Below, one piece after another: positions 9,074-19,850 of a DNA stretch of 64,000 nucleotides (its first letter is position 1; each line of letters opens with the position of its first letter). A program made the position numbers and the translations under genes. Source of the stretch: Candidatus Heimdallarchaeota archaeon (GTDB lineage Archaea; Asgardarchaeota; Wukongarchaeia; Wukongarchaeales; JBHIFL01); NCBI GenBank assembly GCA_046761065.1, contig JBHIFL010000008.1:7306-71305 (forward strand), given 5' to 3'. The notes beneath the pieces were generated by a model. That model did no database searches and was not told the DNA's origin. It saw only the letters and a list, made by a program, of their open reading frames with translations.

Positions 9074-9243
9074 TTTTATTCATTTAATCAAGCACTCATT
9101 TTTATTTAATAATTTGGGCAATTATGAACTGTTACTCGTATTCCCCGAAACTAACATAGAAATGTAAGAACAAGCTAATCAGGATATGGAACATAGACAA
9201 AACCGAAAGATTGGGATGTTATGAATAATGGTCTTGAGATGAT

Positions 9244-11367
9244 GTGATTAGAGTGTCTCAAAACAATACCAAACATAAATTTAATCGTTTAATTCACGAA
9301 AAAAGCCCATATCTGCTTCAACATGCCCAAAATCCAGTAGATTGGTACCCCTGGGGCGAGGAAGCTTTTGAAATAGCTCGTAAAGAAGACAAACCTTTGT
9401 TCTTATCTATTGGGTATTCAACCTGTCACTGGTGTCATGTTATGGAAAAAGAGTCTTTTGAAGACCATGAAGTAGCTCAATTGATGAATGATACCTTTGT
9501 ATCCATAAAAGTTGATCGCGAAGAGCGTCCCGATATTGATAAACTCTATATGAACGTCTGTCAAATGATGACAGGCGGTGGGGGTTGGCCATTAACCATC
9601 CTTATGACCCCTGATTTGAAACCATTTTGGGCAGGGACGTATATCCCGAAAGAATCGCGATTTGGTCGACTGGGGATGCAAGATTTTATTCCTAAGATCA
9701 AAGAAATGTGGCAAAAAAATCGTGATCAAGTAGTGAGTGCAGCCAATGAAATGATCACAGATCTTCAATGGCATTTATCAACTATTTCTGGTGGGAATGA
9801 AGACATAGGAGAATCTACTCTGAAATTTGCACATGAAATACTTGATGATCGCTATGATGAACGTTATGGAGGTTTCGGTCAAGCTCCAAAGTTTCCAACC
9901 TCTCACGTTCTTCGGTTCTTACTTCGTTATTGGAAGCGAACTGGTAAAGAGCGGGCACTTGAGATGGTTGAAAAAACCTTGCAGGCAATGCGGCAAGGTG
10001 GTATCTATGATCATGTGGGATTTGGGTTTCACAGATATTCAACTAATCCGCAATGGCTATTACCCCACTTTGAAAAGATGCTTTATGACCAAGCCCTATT
10101 GGCTATGGCCTATATTGAAGCGTATCAAGCTACACGCAACCCAGAATATAAACAAACGACGCAAGAAATTTTTACTTATGTTTTACGTGATATGACATCT
10201 CCAGACGGAGGATTTTATTCCGCTGAGGACGCAGATAGCGAGGGAGTGGAAGGGAAATTTTACATTTGGACAGAAGCCGAAATTCATCAAATCCTCAACC
10301 AAGAAGACGCCAATTTAGTTGTTCAAGTGTTTAACCTTGCAAAAGAGGGGAATTTTGCAGAGGAGGCCACGCGTGAGAAAACTGGGGCAAATATTTTACA
10401 TCTCAGGAAATCCCTTACAGAAATTGCAGGAGACTTGCAGATCCCCGAATCAGACCTAAGAACACAGTTAGAATCGATTCGCCAGAAGCTGTTTGAGGTG
10501 CGAGAGAAGCGGGTACATCCACTCAAAGATGATAAAATTCTCGTAGATTGGAATGGACTGATGATCGCAGCTCTCGCAAAAGGCGCTCAAGTTTTTGGTG
10601 AATATCAGTTTATGGAAGCGGCTAAAAATGCTGTACGGTTCCTTTTAACAACACTGCGTACACCTGAGGGCCGGCTTTTGCATCGGTATCGTGATGGCGA
10701 AGCTGCCATTTCGGCTAACATAGACGACTACGCATTTCTAATTTGGGGTTTAATAGAGCTCTATGAGACCACCTTTGATGCCAATTACCTTCAAACCGCT
10801 CTGGAGTTAACGAAGATGGCGCGTGAACATTTCTGGGACGAGGAAGCCGGTGGATTTTATTTTACACCTGACGACGGGGATCCCCTTCTTATTCGCCAGA
10901 AAGAAATCTATGATGGTGCAATACCCTCCGGGAACTCTGTATTTGTATTGAACTTGTTGCGACTAGGGCGGATGACAATAAATCCTGAATTCGAAGAAGA
11001 AGCTGCCCGTATTGGGCGGACATTTTCACTAACAGTCAACCAAGGCCCTGCGTCGTTTGCCCAATTATTAGTCGGCATAGACTTTGGACTAGGGTCCTCT
11101 TACGAGGTGGTCATAGCGGGGGACTCACAAGCCCAAGACACCCAAGAAATGCTACAAACCCTCAGGTCACACTTCCTACCAAATATGGTCATCTTATTAA
11201 ACCCAACAGAACAAGAATCACCGGAGATCTATCATGTTACGGAGTTTATCAAGCATCAGACGAGCCGGAACGGCAAAGCTACAGCGTATGTCTGCCTTGA
11301 CTATGTCTGTAATCAGCCAACAACTAATATTGGCAAAATGTTAGAGCTGCTTGAAGTAGAGAAATAA
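9244..11367 (+). CDS. thioredoxin-domain protein (DUF255/YyaL, SPATA20-like) with an (alpha/alpha)6 C-terminal domain
   Basis: [40 protein letters not shown] and [11 protein letters not shown] are hallmarks of this family. Length is 707 aa. Confidence 0.85.
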   Translation: MIRVSQNNTKHKFNRLIHEKSPYLLQHAQNPVDWYPWGEEAFEIARKEDKPLFLSIGYSTCHWCHVMEKESFEDHEVAQLMNDTFVSIKVDREERPDIDKLYMNVCQMMTGGGGWPLTILMTPDLKPFWAGTYIPKESRFGRLGMQDFIPKIKEMWQKNRDQVVSAANEMITDLQWHLSTISGGNEDIGESTLKFAHEILDDRYDERYGGFGQAPKFPTSHVLRFLLRYWKRTGKERALEMVEKTLQAMRQGGIYDHVGFGFHRYSTNPQWLLPHFEKMLYDQALLAMAYIEAYQATRNPEYKQTTQEIFTYVLRDMTSPDGGFYSAEDADSEGVEGKFYIWTEAEIHQILNQEDANLVVQVFNLAKEGNFAEEATREKTGANILHLRKSLTEIAGDLQIPESDLRTQLESIRQKLFEVREKRVHPLKDDKILVDWNGLMIAALAKGAQVFGEYQFMEAAKNAVRFLLTTLRTPEGRLLHRYRDGEAAISANIDDYAFLIWGLIELYETTFDANYLQTALELTKMAREHFWDEEAGGFYFTPDDGDPLLIRQKEIYDGAIPSGNSVFVLNLLRLGRMTINPEFEEEAARIGRTFSLTVNQGPASFAQLLVGIDFGLGSSYEVVIAGDSQAQDTQEMLQTLRSHFLPNMVILLNPTEQESPEIYHVTEFIKHQTSRNGKATAYVCLDYVCNQPTTNIGKMLELLEVEK

Positions 11368-11522
11368 TCAAAATTTAATGATTTTCTTACGAAGATGATG
11401 GAGTTCACAAATTCTAACGAAATCATTTAATCCATAATTTCAATTTCTTTAAGACTTATATGTTATTTGTTAAGTGTTTACTTTCTTAAAAAGCCATTAT
11501 GGACCAAAATCACTCTTTTTGC

Positions 11523-12760
11523 TCAGCAAAAGGCCCCTTTCACTATCTTTCCAACCATTACAACTACTATTAGGGTTGCAATCGCTCCCAAACCTAAACC
11601 AAGCAAGAAAGATGACCTATGTAGCTCTTCAGGAGTGATTATAATCGTTAGGACTTCGGAAGGGATAGTTGTTGGCTCGATAGTCGTTAGCTCTTCGATC
11701 GTGGGGATCTCAGGGAAAATCTTGACAGAATAGTCGGGTTCTGGTTTCGTTTGGGAGATAAGAAAAAGCCGCGTGCCATTGACAACTAAATCTACTGGAA
11801 ACACTAATTTTGAAGCTTTTGCTTCAAATGGCCGGCTATGGCGTTCATATCAAGGGAATGAACCCAATAGTTTCCATCTTGCAGACCAAATGGGGTGAGA
11901 TCCAAGGAATAAGTGATGCTGCGATACTCTGAATAGAAGTTCGAGAACCCAACTAAGATCGTTTCCTCGTCCAACTTTGCCTGGGTGATCAGAATATTTT
12001 CATTGTCTTTTATGGAAACATTATTACTGATGTTCAAGAACTTTGCAAAGGCGCGGAAGACTTTCCTATACAGGAACCACACATCTGTCGGTTTTTCTAA
12101 ATCGTAAGTTTCCCAAGTGACCCCGGGAGTTTATGACGACTTGAAAGCTCCCTAATAGAGTATCCACCCACTTTTCGGATTCAATTCATTATGGTAAAGA
12201 ATGAGCGGATAATCTTCTAGCTTATGAATTGTACCATCCTCCGCTATGTGTGAAGTTGCCAATGGGGTAATAGTTCTCGTTCAACTGCTCAAGTTGAAGC
12301 CCCCAAATTTCGTGAAAGTGCCTATCGTAAGCCAGCTCTAGATCAAGGATGTTTGGCTGGGTAATGTTGATCTTTATGTCCCCCCATGTATATGGTTGAA
12401 TTGTATTCTCCTCAATAGGAAATCGGTGCATTCTAGTATCGTTCGCATAGATATTCTCGAGAGGTCCAATGCCCCCCAAAAACATGAGGTTCCCTCCCTT
12501 TGCAACATACTCATTCAGCTTTGAACCGTCTTTTCGCGGTACTTAACATTAGAGAGTACAATTAACTTGTACTTGGAGAGATCTAAATCCGTCCTTGCAA
12601 AAGCTCTTTTATTTACGGCATCAAACTCGGAGCATAGCCCAACAACATCTACAAAAAACCCTGCAGAATGGCTTGGTAGAAACCCCTCACCAATCGCAAG
12701 GACTTGTGTTTTCGGTTTCAGCTCTGGTAACTTTACTAGCTCTTGGTTCTAGCGATTCCT
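11523..12760 (-). pseudogene. multiply frameshifted gene for a surface protein with a Thr/Pro-rich linker and C-terminal TM anchor
   Basis: Three consecutive minus-strand track ORFs (12222..12485, 11804..12082, 11523..11804), plus open frames between and upstream of them, read as one protein if frames are switched (e.g. ..KLQ / LVFPVDLVVNGT at about 11805). Upstream is YVAKGGNLMFLGGIGP (DUF4350-like). The C-terminus is TIEPTTIPSEV..LLGLGLGAIATLIVVVMVG. Confidence 0.45.
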
Positions 12761-13063
12761 GAATATAAAGAGCTATCTACCTTGCCTGTCTGTCCTTTCA
12801 TAGGGAGGGACTAGTTCAAGAGTCCCCCACATTGGGTCTCCTTGAGATTATACGAATCCTGAGGGTGCACATTATTTTTGAGCTTGAAGTTCAACGGTGA
12901 ACTCAGAGATAAGATAGTGATGCGAAAGGAGGCTTGCAAGCCCTTGTCATCCAAGTCCTCAAGGTTTGTCATTATTGAATGGGGGGATATTTAAATATAA
13001 TAAATGCTTATTTTTGGAAACGAGACAAATTGAGTGAATGGGATGACTGGGATATAACGTAAA

Positions 13064-13504
13064 GTGACAATATATCTTGATACCTCAATTCCAAATGCTT
13101 TACATCATGAACCCGCCGATCGAAAAGAAACAACTTCTCTCCTGTTCTCACGAATCCTGCCGCTGTATGATGTTTTCATCTCCGAACTTATCGTGGCAGA
13201 ACTTCAAGCTATCCCTGATTCCGGATTACGAAAAGAGTTAGTTGAATTGGTTAACCCATTTCACGTCTTACCCATACGTCCCAATGCTGAAGCCTTGGCG
13301 GGAGAGTATCTCAAATATCTCAACATACCGTAAGCCGATGCCCTTCATATCGCCATTGCTTCTATCGAAGGCATCAATTATCTAGTCACCTGGAATATGC
13401 GCCATATTGCTCGAGAACGAACGCGAAGAATTGTGGATAACACAAATTTCTTATTTGGAGCCCCCAGAATCTATATCGTCACACCGGACGATTTAGTCGA
13501 CTAA
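13064..13504 (+). pseudogene. PIN-domain (VapC-like) protein with in-frame TAA at 13331-13333
   Basis: N-terminal IYLDTS and then, after the stop and in the same frame, ADALHIAIASIEGINYLVTWNMRHIA (PIN acidic and TWN motifs). The frame stays open to TAA 13502-13504. Confidence 0.6.
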
Positions 13505-13516
13505 GAAGTGAGAGAC

Positions 13517-13723
13517 ATGCTATCCACCGAAGAAAAGGAGAAGTTATGGAAACAAGTGGTGAGGGAGTTCCCCTCGGATCCCATGATGCGCGACCTCCAT
13601 TTCATTCGAGCCTTAATGGCTGCTTTGAAGCAACAGAAACCCAGCAAAACCTATCTGGAATTAAGTGAGATAGTTCGAACAGAATTCCTTGACTGGTTGA
13701 AAGTCTCTCATAACGTGCCGTAA
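13517..13723 (+). CDS. hypothetical small protein downstream of the PIN gene
   Basis: ORF MLSTEEKEKLWKQVVREFPSDPMMRDLHFIRAL... starts 13 nt after the extended PIN ORF. No motif recognised. Confidence 0.35.
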   Translation: MLSTEEKEKLWKQVVREFPSDPMMRDLHFIRALMAALKQQKPSKTYLELSEIVRTEFLDWLKVSHNVP

Positions 13724-14197
13724 TCGCATTTTTGCGTTAACCATGGATTAAATGGGATAATCCCTGCCGTATTGAGAAGCTTCTAATCTCAAAATCCTAC
13801 GGAAGTGGAGGAAGAATTCCATGTTAAAAGTAAACTATTGTGGTCTATAGACGCAAGACCGTCACCATTTCTTCCTCTCGTTTGAAAAGGATCAAGCGGA
13901 ATTTTCGGTTTACGGTCCACTTCTGCGTCTTTTTTTTCTACGGGGTCTATCTTTTCACCCCGCGCTTCGTGTGTGTGTTCTGTGATCTCCTGCAGGTGGC
14001 ATTTAACCTGCAGCTCGGAAATGGCGCGCATCCGCACGCTTTAAAACCCATACGGGGCTAAGCATTTTTACACATCCCTGTTAAAAGAAAAATCTTGTAA
14101 GAACTTTAGGAGACTCGCGAGTATAAATTAGAATAGTTATTAGAGAGCTTTTTATGATTAACGAGAGAAGAATTCCCTCTTCTTGTAATAAAAAGCA

Positions 14198-14965
14198 TTA
14201 TATAGTTCTTGATAACTCCATTAATTTTTTTACCCGATCCTCAATTGTGGGATGTCTGGAAAAAAGGTTTCCGAGTTTTCCGTGATAAGATTTGAGTGGA
14301 GAGTCGATTATCAAGAAACTTCTTCCCACAGGAGCCTTAAAATCTAAATTGGGTTGTGTTTGATAGCATTTTGCCATCTTAATAAGAGCGGAAGCTAATG
14401 CGATGGGGTTGCCAGTAAGGTGAGCACTCTCCTCATCGGCGCGGAACTCTCGATGGCGTGAAACGAAAGACTCCATTAGGGGCCCCAGAGGAAAAGAACA
14501 ATATCTTCCAATGATGAAGAATGCTTTTAGAAACACATCTTTATTCTTGATGTGAGAAATCTCATGAGCGGCAACGCTTTGTACCTCTTCGCTACTAAGG
14601 TTCTCAAAGATGCCTACGGAGAAGACTATTAGATAGTTATGTGGTCCAAGAAACAATGTGAACGCATTAGGTAAGGCATCGTCCAGTAAACATATCTGGA
14701 TCTTTGCAGTTATCCGGCTTTTTTTGGTTAGCTTATGAATCTCATTTTTTAGTTCTGTACAATCTTGATTGGCCATAAACTTAACTTTTTGCTTATGCAA
14801 AACCGTTTTACTGCCAATCCAATACCATAGGAGTCCTAAAAAAAATAACGAACTGTAAAATGAAACTACAATGATAGTGACTTCGGATGAAAAACTCAAT
14901 AGAGGAAGTATTATTGTCGTTGTTAGGTATGTAGTTATGACAACCACTTTACCCCGATTATTCAT
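14198..14965 (-). CDS. M48-family membrane metalloprotease, BlaR1-like sensor/antirepressor
   Basis: N-terminal TM helices, the HEISHIKNKD zinc motif (HExxH), and a 4-nt start overlap with the upstream BlaI-like gene. Confidence 0.8.
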   Translation of the reverse strand: MNNRGKVVVITTYLTTTIILPLLSFSSEVTIIVVSFYSSLFFLGLLWYWIGSKTVLHKQKVKFMANQDCTELKNEIHKLTKKSRITAKIQICLLDDALPNAFTLFLGPHNYLIVFSVGIFENLSSEEVQSVAAHEISHIKNKDVFLKAFFIIGRYCSFPLGPLMESFVSRHREFRADEESAHLTGNPIALASALIKMAKCYQTQPNLDFKAPVGRSFLIIDSPLKSYHGKLGNLFSRHPTIEDRVKKLMELSRTI

Positions 14966-15381
14966 CCAACCTTCTTCCTTCTTTTCCTATTTGTTTTTCG
15001 CTTTTCTAACTCTTGTAGTAGTTTATCAAGCTCTTTTTCATTGTATTTTTTTGAGAGCTCTTCGATGATCCTGAGGGTTGTAGAACTTCCCAGGATTCGG
15101 AAAAGCTGGTCAGCTAGTGTTTTTGATGTTTTTTTCTCAAATCCATCCTTTGTGGTTTTTACATGGTATATGTAGAATATTCCGCCTTTTCCTGTCTTCA
15201 TCTCCCGACTCAACAGACCTTTTTCATAGAGTCTATTCATTGTCGTGCTTACAGTGGTTATGGCGATTTTTCTTTGTTTTTTGAGCTCAGTAAAGATCTC
15301 ACGTACCGTTGATGACTGATTCTTCCACATGCGCTGCATAATTGCGAGTTCAAGGGGACCAAGCTCTGATTTGATTGCCAT
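14962..15381 (-). CDS. BlaI/MecI/CopY-family winged-helix transcriptional repressor
   Basis: LGPLELAIMQRMWKNQSSTVREIFTELKKQRKIAITTVSTTMNRLYEKGLLSRE matches the penicillinase-repressor fold pattern. It is translationally coupled to the M48 gene. Confidence 0.85.
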   Translation of the reverse strand: MAIKSELGPLELAIMQRMWKNQSSTVREIFTELKKQRKIAITTVSTTMNRLYEKGLLSREMKTGKGGIFYIYHVKTTKDGFEKKTSKTLADQLFRILGSSTTLRIIEELSKKYNEKELDKLLQELEKRKTNRKRRKKVG

Positions 15382-15438
15382 AGTGGTCTACTACCCATCA
15401 ATTACTTTTCTTTAGTTATATAATACTTCGATGATGAT

Positions 15439-15466
15439 AAATGTTTCGATCATGATCGAAACATTT
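15439..15466. promoter_or_regulatory. perfect 28-bp palindrome AAATGTTTCGATCATGATCGAAACATTT; candidate BlaI-family operator
   Basis: The reverse complement is identical to the forward sequence (checked base by base). It lies in the 151-bp divergent intergenic region between the BlaI-like gene (start 15381) and the ABC operon (start 15533). Confidence 0.6.
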
Positions 15467-15532
15467 TAATTCTATGAAGATAGAAGTATTTATCAAGATA
15501 GAATCATTTCACAGGGAAAGGTGATATGAGCT

Positions 15533-15736
15533 ATGTCAATCATACAACCGGAGCTAATTCCCCTGATCATTCCGTTAATAGTGATAGAACTTTCTTTAAA
15601 GGCCTACTGCCTTCTGAACATCCGGAGGAGCATAAGAAAAACAAGAAGCAAAAAAATCGGTTGGGCAATAATTGTCTGCGTAATAAGTCTCATTGGGCCC
15701 GTATTGTATCTCTTTGCAGGACGTGAAGTCGATTGA
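15533..15736 (+). CDS. small membrane protein with a PLD-nuclease N-terminal (PLDc_N)-type domain
   Basis: Two TM segments and the C-terminal KKIGWAIIVCVISLIGPVLYLFAGRE pattern. Preferred over the overlapping frame 15526..15726. Confidence 0.6.
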   Translation: MSIIQPELIPLIIPLIVIELSLKAYCLLNIRRSIRKTRSKKIGWAIIVCVISLIGPVLYLFAGREVD

Positions 15737-16665
15737 ACGCGGTGATTGAGCTTAACAATCTTACAAAGGTCTACAAAGGTAATATATTAGCCGTGAATAA
15801 GTTATCATTCAAAGTGTCAAAAGGCTCGATACTTGGCTTCGTTGGACCGAACGGTGCCGGGAAGACCACAACGATTCGAATGCTTATAGGGCTCCTGAAA
15901 CCTACCACAGGTACCGCGCGTGTAAATGGGTATGATGTAAAAACCGAACTCTCTGAGGTGAAGAAAAGCATTGGATACCTCCCCCAAGATTTCGGCCTTT
16001 ACTCATTTATGAAGGTCGAGGAGTATCTTGACTTTGTGTGCAAGTTTTATTCTATCATAACAGAGCGAAAGAAGCTGCAGCAACAAGTCTTGGAGACAGT
16101 TGGTCTTCTCCACCTCTTCAATAGACGAATCAGAACCCTCTCCACAGGGGAAAAACAACGCTTAGGGATTGCCCAAGCTATACTCCACAACCCAGACATC
16201 ATTTTTTTAGATGAACCAACTTCATCACTTGATCCAATTGGGAGGCAAGAAGTGTACCAAGTTTTAACAAGGCTAATCAAAGAAGGTAAAACCATATTCA
16301 TTTCTTCCCATATCCTGGCAGAGCTTGTTAAAGTGATCACTGATTTAGTTATAATAAAGAGTGGAAGTCTCCTCTTCTCTGGCTCTGTGAAGAAGCTTAT
16401 TTCGCAATACGCACAACGGCAGCAGCGACAGTTTCGACTGTGTTTTGATTTACTTGATGAAGACCTGCTTGCACATATTCAGGGTGCTTCTTGGGTTCAA
16501 CACATTACAAGGCTATCAAACAACGAGATTGTTGTTGAAGTAGACGATGTAAAACAAGCGAAATTAGAGTTAATTCAATTGATTGCAAATTCTAACTCAG
16601 TTTTAAACACATTTTCTTCAACAAATGAGGATATTGAGAAGATTATCATTAATTTGATCACTTAA
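15733..16665 (+). CDS. ABC transporter ATP-binding protein (ABC-2 type)
   Basis: Walker A GPNGAGKTT, signature LSTGEKQRL and Walker B IIFLDEPTSSLD. Confidence 0.9.
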   Translation: MNAVIELNNLTKVYKGNILAVNKLSFKVSKGSILGFVGPNGAGKTTTIRMLIGLLKPTTGTARVNGYDVKTELSEVKKSIGYLPQDFGLYSFMKVEEYLDFVCKFYSIITERKKLQQQVLETVGLLHLFNRRIRTLSTGEKQRLGIAQAILHNPDIIFLDEPTSSLDPIGRQEVYQVLTRLIKEGKTIFISSHILAELVKVITDLVIIKSGSLLFSGSVKKLISQYAQRQQRQFRLCFDLLDEDLLAHIQGASWVQHITRLSNNEIVVEVDDVKQAKLELIQLIANSNSVLNTFSSTNEDIEKIIINLIT

Positions 16666-16696
16666 GAGCGAGGTAGAAGTTGAAGGTGGTAAGTAT

Positions 16697-17446
16697 ATGG
16701 TACAAATTTTCATGTCACTTTTTAGTAAGGAGTTAAAGGAGACAAAAATTAAGTTTCTTGTGGCGTTACTTAGTTTCCTCTTCCTAGGGTTACTTGGAAT
16801 TCTCTTAATATATATGCTCCCCACATTAATGCCACCAGAGATGGTTATTCCTATACAATATAGCGCTCTAGAGGCATATCAAACTTCAATTGGGGATATC
16901 CTGCAAATTGGAACTTTAATTATAACATTACTCAGTATGGATGCCATTGCCGGAGAACGAGAGAGAAAAACATTGGAACTCCTCTTAATTAAACCAACAA
17001 GCCGATTCTCTATTATCATTTCAAAATTTCTTAGCCGCTCCCTAATTATCCTTGTAGCAGTTCTTGGCGCAGCAATCCCAACATGGGCTTATACAACATA
17101 TCTATTTGGAGAATTGTCTCTAAGTGCGGTTATCTTAACAGCAATCATCATAACGCTCCTCCTAGTCTTTGTTTGTAGTATTACAATCACATATAGCATA
17201 TTAGTGAAATCACAGTTTATGGCAGCGATTGGAGGAATTGTCACGTCTGCCGTTTTGGCTTCACTCACAATGCTCCCAGAGCCATGGAATGCGCTCACAC
17301 CATTTCATTACGGAAATTCCTCAGCAATACTTCAGGAAACAATTGCAGCGGCCACATACTTGCAGAATTCTTTAATAATATCAACATTTGTTGCTACAGT
17401 TATGTTTCTAAACCTCATGATTTTTTCCAAAATTTACATTCAATAA
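16697..17446 (+). CDS. ABC-2 family transporter permease
   Basis: Six predicted TM segments and the AGERERKTLELLL motif typical of ABC-2 permeases, immediately downstream of the ATPase. Confidence 0.7.
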   Translation: MVQIFMSLFSKELKETKIKFLVALLSFLFLGLLGILLIYMLPTLMPPEMVIPIQYSALEAYQTSIGDILQIGTLIITLLSMDAIAGERERKTLELLLIKPTSRFSIIISKFLSRSLIILVAVLGAAIPTWAYTTYLFGELSLSAVILTAIIITLLLVFVCSITITYSILVKSQFMAAIGGIVTSAVLASLTMLPEPWNALTPFHYGNSSAILQETIAAATYLQNSLIISTFVATVMFLNLMIFSKIYIQ

Positions 17447-17598
17447 ATCAGTAATTCAGCCCAATAATAATGTTAATGACTTGAGTGAAAGTTATTTGTG
17501 TATTATTCAACCAGTCAACCAATATCACTATTTTAAATTTCCTCTAGAGCAGATCAATGTCTAGTGGGGTACTTAGAATACATCAAAAATGAGTTGAA

Positions 17599-18699
17599 TT
17601 GACATTAACAATAATACTAATTATTCTAAACCTTATTATAATAATGTTAAAACCTGTACACGAAACGGTATATTTTCCTGGTTCTGTCATAATACTTCCA
17701 GTAGTTTTATTTGTAATATGGACCTCTAGATGGTTTTCAGCATCTGACTTTTTCTATAATAAGTTATTTCGTCTATGGGTTGTTCCTTTCATTTTATCAG
17801 CTATTGGTTTAACCGTATTAGTAGATAGGGATGCAGAATTAGTTCATGTTTACAGATCTTTATTTACGGCGCTTTCTAATGGTCAGAATCCTTATTCAGA
17901 ACCTGTAATTTACCACCGATTGGCTGATGGATCAGTCGCATACTCTCGGTTTAACTTTCCGCCGGGAGAAATCCCGATTTATCTCCTAGTATACAATTTA
18001 TTGAATCAATGGAATTATGAAGTATTAATCTATACTAATTTAGTGCTTAATATGATTGTAGCACTCGTATTCGTTCTTAAAACTCCAGATTTAGAATGGG
18101 ATGCAAAACTTCCATATGTTTTGTAACTAATTGTATCTAACTTGCATAATAGTGTTAGTACAACATTTTTGTCAGTTATGATAGCAAGTATAATATTGCT
18201 TGATATGGAAGTTAATTCCACCATTATTAAAAGAATCGGCTTGATATTAGCTATAATTCTTGGTCTTCTTGCTAAGTTTTTCATAATGCCATTTGCAGCA
18301 ATTTATTTTTGGGATAGAATAATTGAAAAGCGTAAATGGTTTTATTTCATTGATGCAACTGCGATCCTGTCTATTGGTTTGTTAATTATTTGGCCTTTTG
18401 GTTTGTTTAATGTTATACAAAGTACTGTTCTCTTTAATCTGGATTTAACTGCTCGGCCAGAATTAACTACGTATTTTTTTAACCCAATTTCATCTTTATT
18501 TTATTTTCTAAATGTAAAGGTATTATATGCCCCGTTTGTGATCGTATTATTTTTTATTGCAATCATTGCTACCCGATATTTTCCATTACTCAATAGATTT
18601 GTCTTAGTGTTAGCTTTTTGCTTGTTACTCTTTCTTACTCCCGAAAAATCAATTTGTAGGGAGTGTTCTCGGACTTTTAATCCTCTCAAAGGTGAATGA
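17599..18699 (+). pseudogene. polytopic membrane protein split by in-frame TAA at 18124-18126
   Basis: Track ORFs 17599..18126 and 18142..18699 are in the same frame, and the codons between them are open (..LPYVL*LIVSNLHNS..). Both halves are strongly hydrophobic. Function unknown; possibly glycosyltransferase-like. Confidence 0.45.
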
Positions 18700-19136
18700 A
18701 ATACGTTTTAAATCTTAAACTATTGAAAATGGAATTCAATAAACATTGATTTCTAACATTTGCACCCATGAGTAATTTGTTAAGCCGATCTTATCATTAG
18801 AAAAGAAAGTAGAATGGAACTTCGCGTCAATTTATAATCGTACCAATGCTAGTGATTTCTAAATAGAGTAATTTAAAAGGGGATATCATTGAACTCCAAA
18901 AAAAAGCTAATAGAACAGTTATTTTTGAACTGATATCCCGGAATTTGACGATCTTTTCATTTAAAATAAAAGGAGGAAGGGCAAGTGGAATCAAAAGAAG
19001 GAAGAACAAGTGAAACAAGGTTCAGGGAAAAACCTTTCCAAAAAAGAACCCTGTAACTGTAAAAGAGACAACACCTGTAATACGCCACCCCTCCCTCAAA
19101 AATCGCCTTTTTGTACCTGAAAGCCTATATAATAAG

Positions 19137-19817
19137 ATGAATTGGATTGTTTGTAGATTAGGAGTGGGAGGAATATTACTTTGGCTTTTATTTCCAATCG
19201 CACCAGAAAGTCAAATGACCCCCCACACATTTTCCCCAAGAGTTACGCTATGGCTCCAAGAACACTTTGGTACGGAGGGTTTAATGGCTTGGTTTGCAAG
19301 TCTTTACTATTACATCCCTATGATCACAAATGTTGCCTTATTCTTCTTCGTGATGTATTATGCTCCAAGAGGAAATAAAGGAAGAGATGGTTGGATTTAT
19401 GGAATTTGCATCTTATTGGGGTTTTTAGTAGAATTAATTATCTATTTGGTATACCCCGTGGCGCCTCCAATACGTGTTCCCGATTACCTAAAACAAGGCA
19501 TTGTACAGGTAAGACTAAACAAATTGCCATGGAGTGACAAACTAATAACCCTCAAATATAACGCTCTGCCTAGTGGCCATATGATCTACAGCATACTAGG
19601 ATACTTAGTCTGTCAAGAAGAAGGGTTTACAAAACCAAGATACTTCTATTTAATGAACACAATGATTTTTTCCTTTATTATTTTATACTTGGGCGAACAC
19701 TACTGGATAGACATAATCAGTTCCTTCATAGTCGCAATCGGTGTGTTCTCTCTCCCAACGCGATTCTATGACTTAAAAATCCCCAAATGCAAGACGAAGA
19801 ATAGCAAGACTAAGTAG
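19137..19817 (+). CDS. PAP2-like membrane protein (PAP2_C/inositolphosphotransferase-like)
   Basis: Multi-TM protein with ALPSGHMIYS and GEHYWIDI motifs resembling the C2/C3 motifs of PAP2-type enzymes. Confidence 0.55.
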   Translation: MNWIVCRLGVGGILLWLLFPIAPESQMTPHTFSPRVTLWLQEHFGTEGLMAWFASLYYYIPMITNVALFFFVMYYAPRGNKGRDGWIYGICILLGFLVELIIYLVYPVAPPIRVPDYLKQGIVQVRLNKLPWSDKLITLKYNALPSGHMIYSILGYLVCQEEGFTKPRYFYLMNTMIFSFIILYLGEHYWIDIISSFIVAIGVFSLPTRFYDLKIPKCKTKNSKTK

Positions 19818-19850
19818 AAAGATACTTAAATAGGCATATTTGAAATGTTA

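Noticed and set aside
13991-14014. The inverted repeat CTGCAGG-N10-CCTGCAG as a terminator or regulatory hairpin.
   Set aside because: It sits inside two overlapping, unassignable short ORFs (13789..14037 minus, 13840..14061 plus), with no T-tract and no clear gene context. There is too little context to call a function.
15526-15726. Track ORF 15526..15726 as the first gene of the ABC operon.
   Set aside because: The overlapping frame 15533..15736 encodes a two-TM protein with the recognisable PLDc_N-type C-terminal motif and abuts the ABC ATPase start. The 15526 frame is hydrophilic low-complexity sequence.
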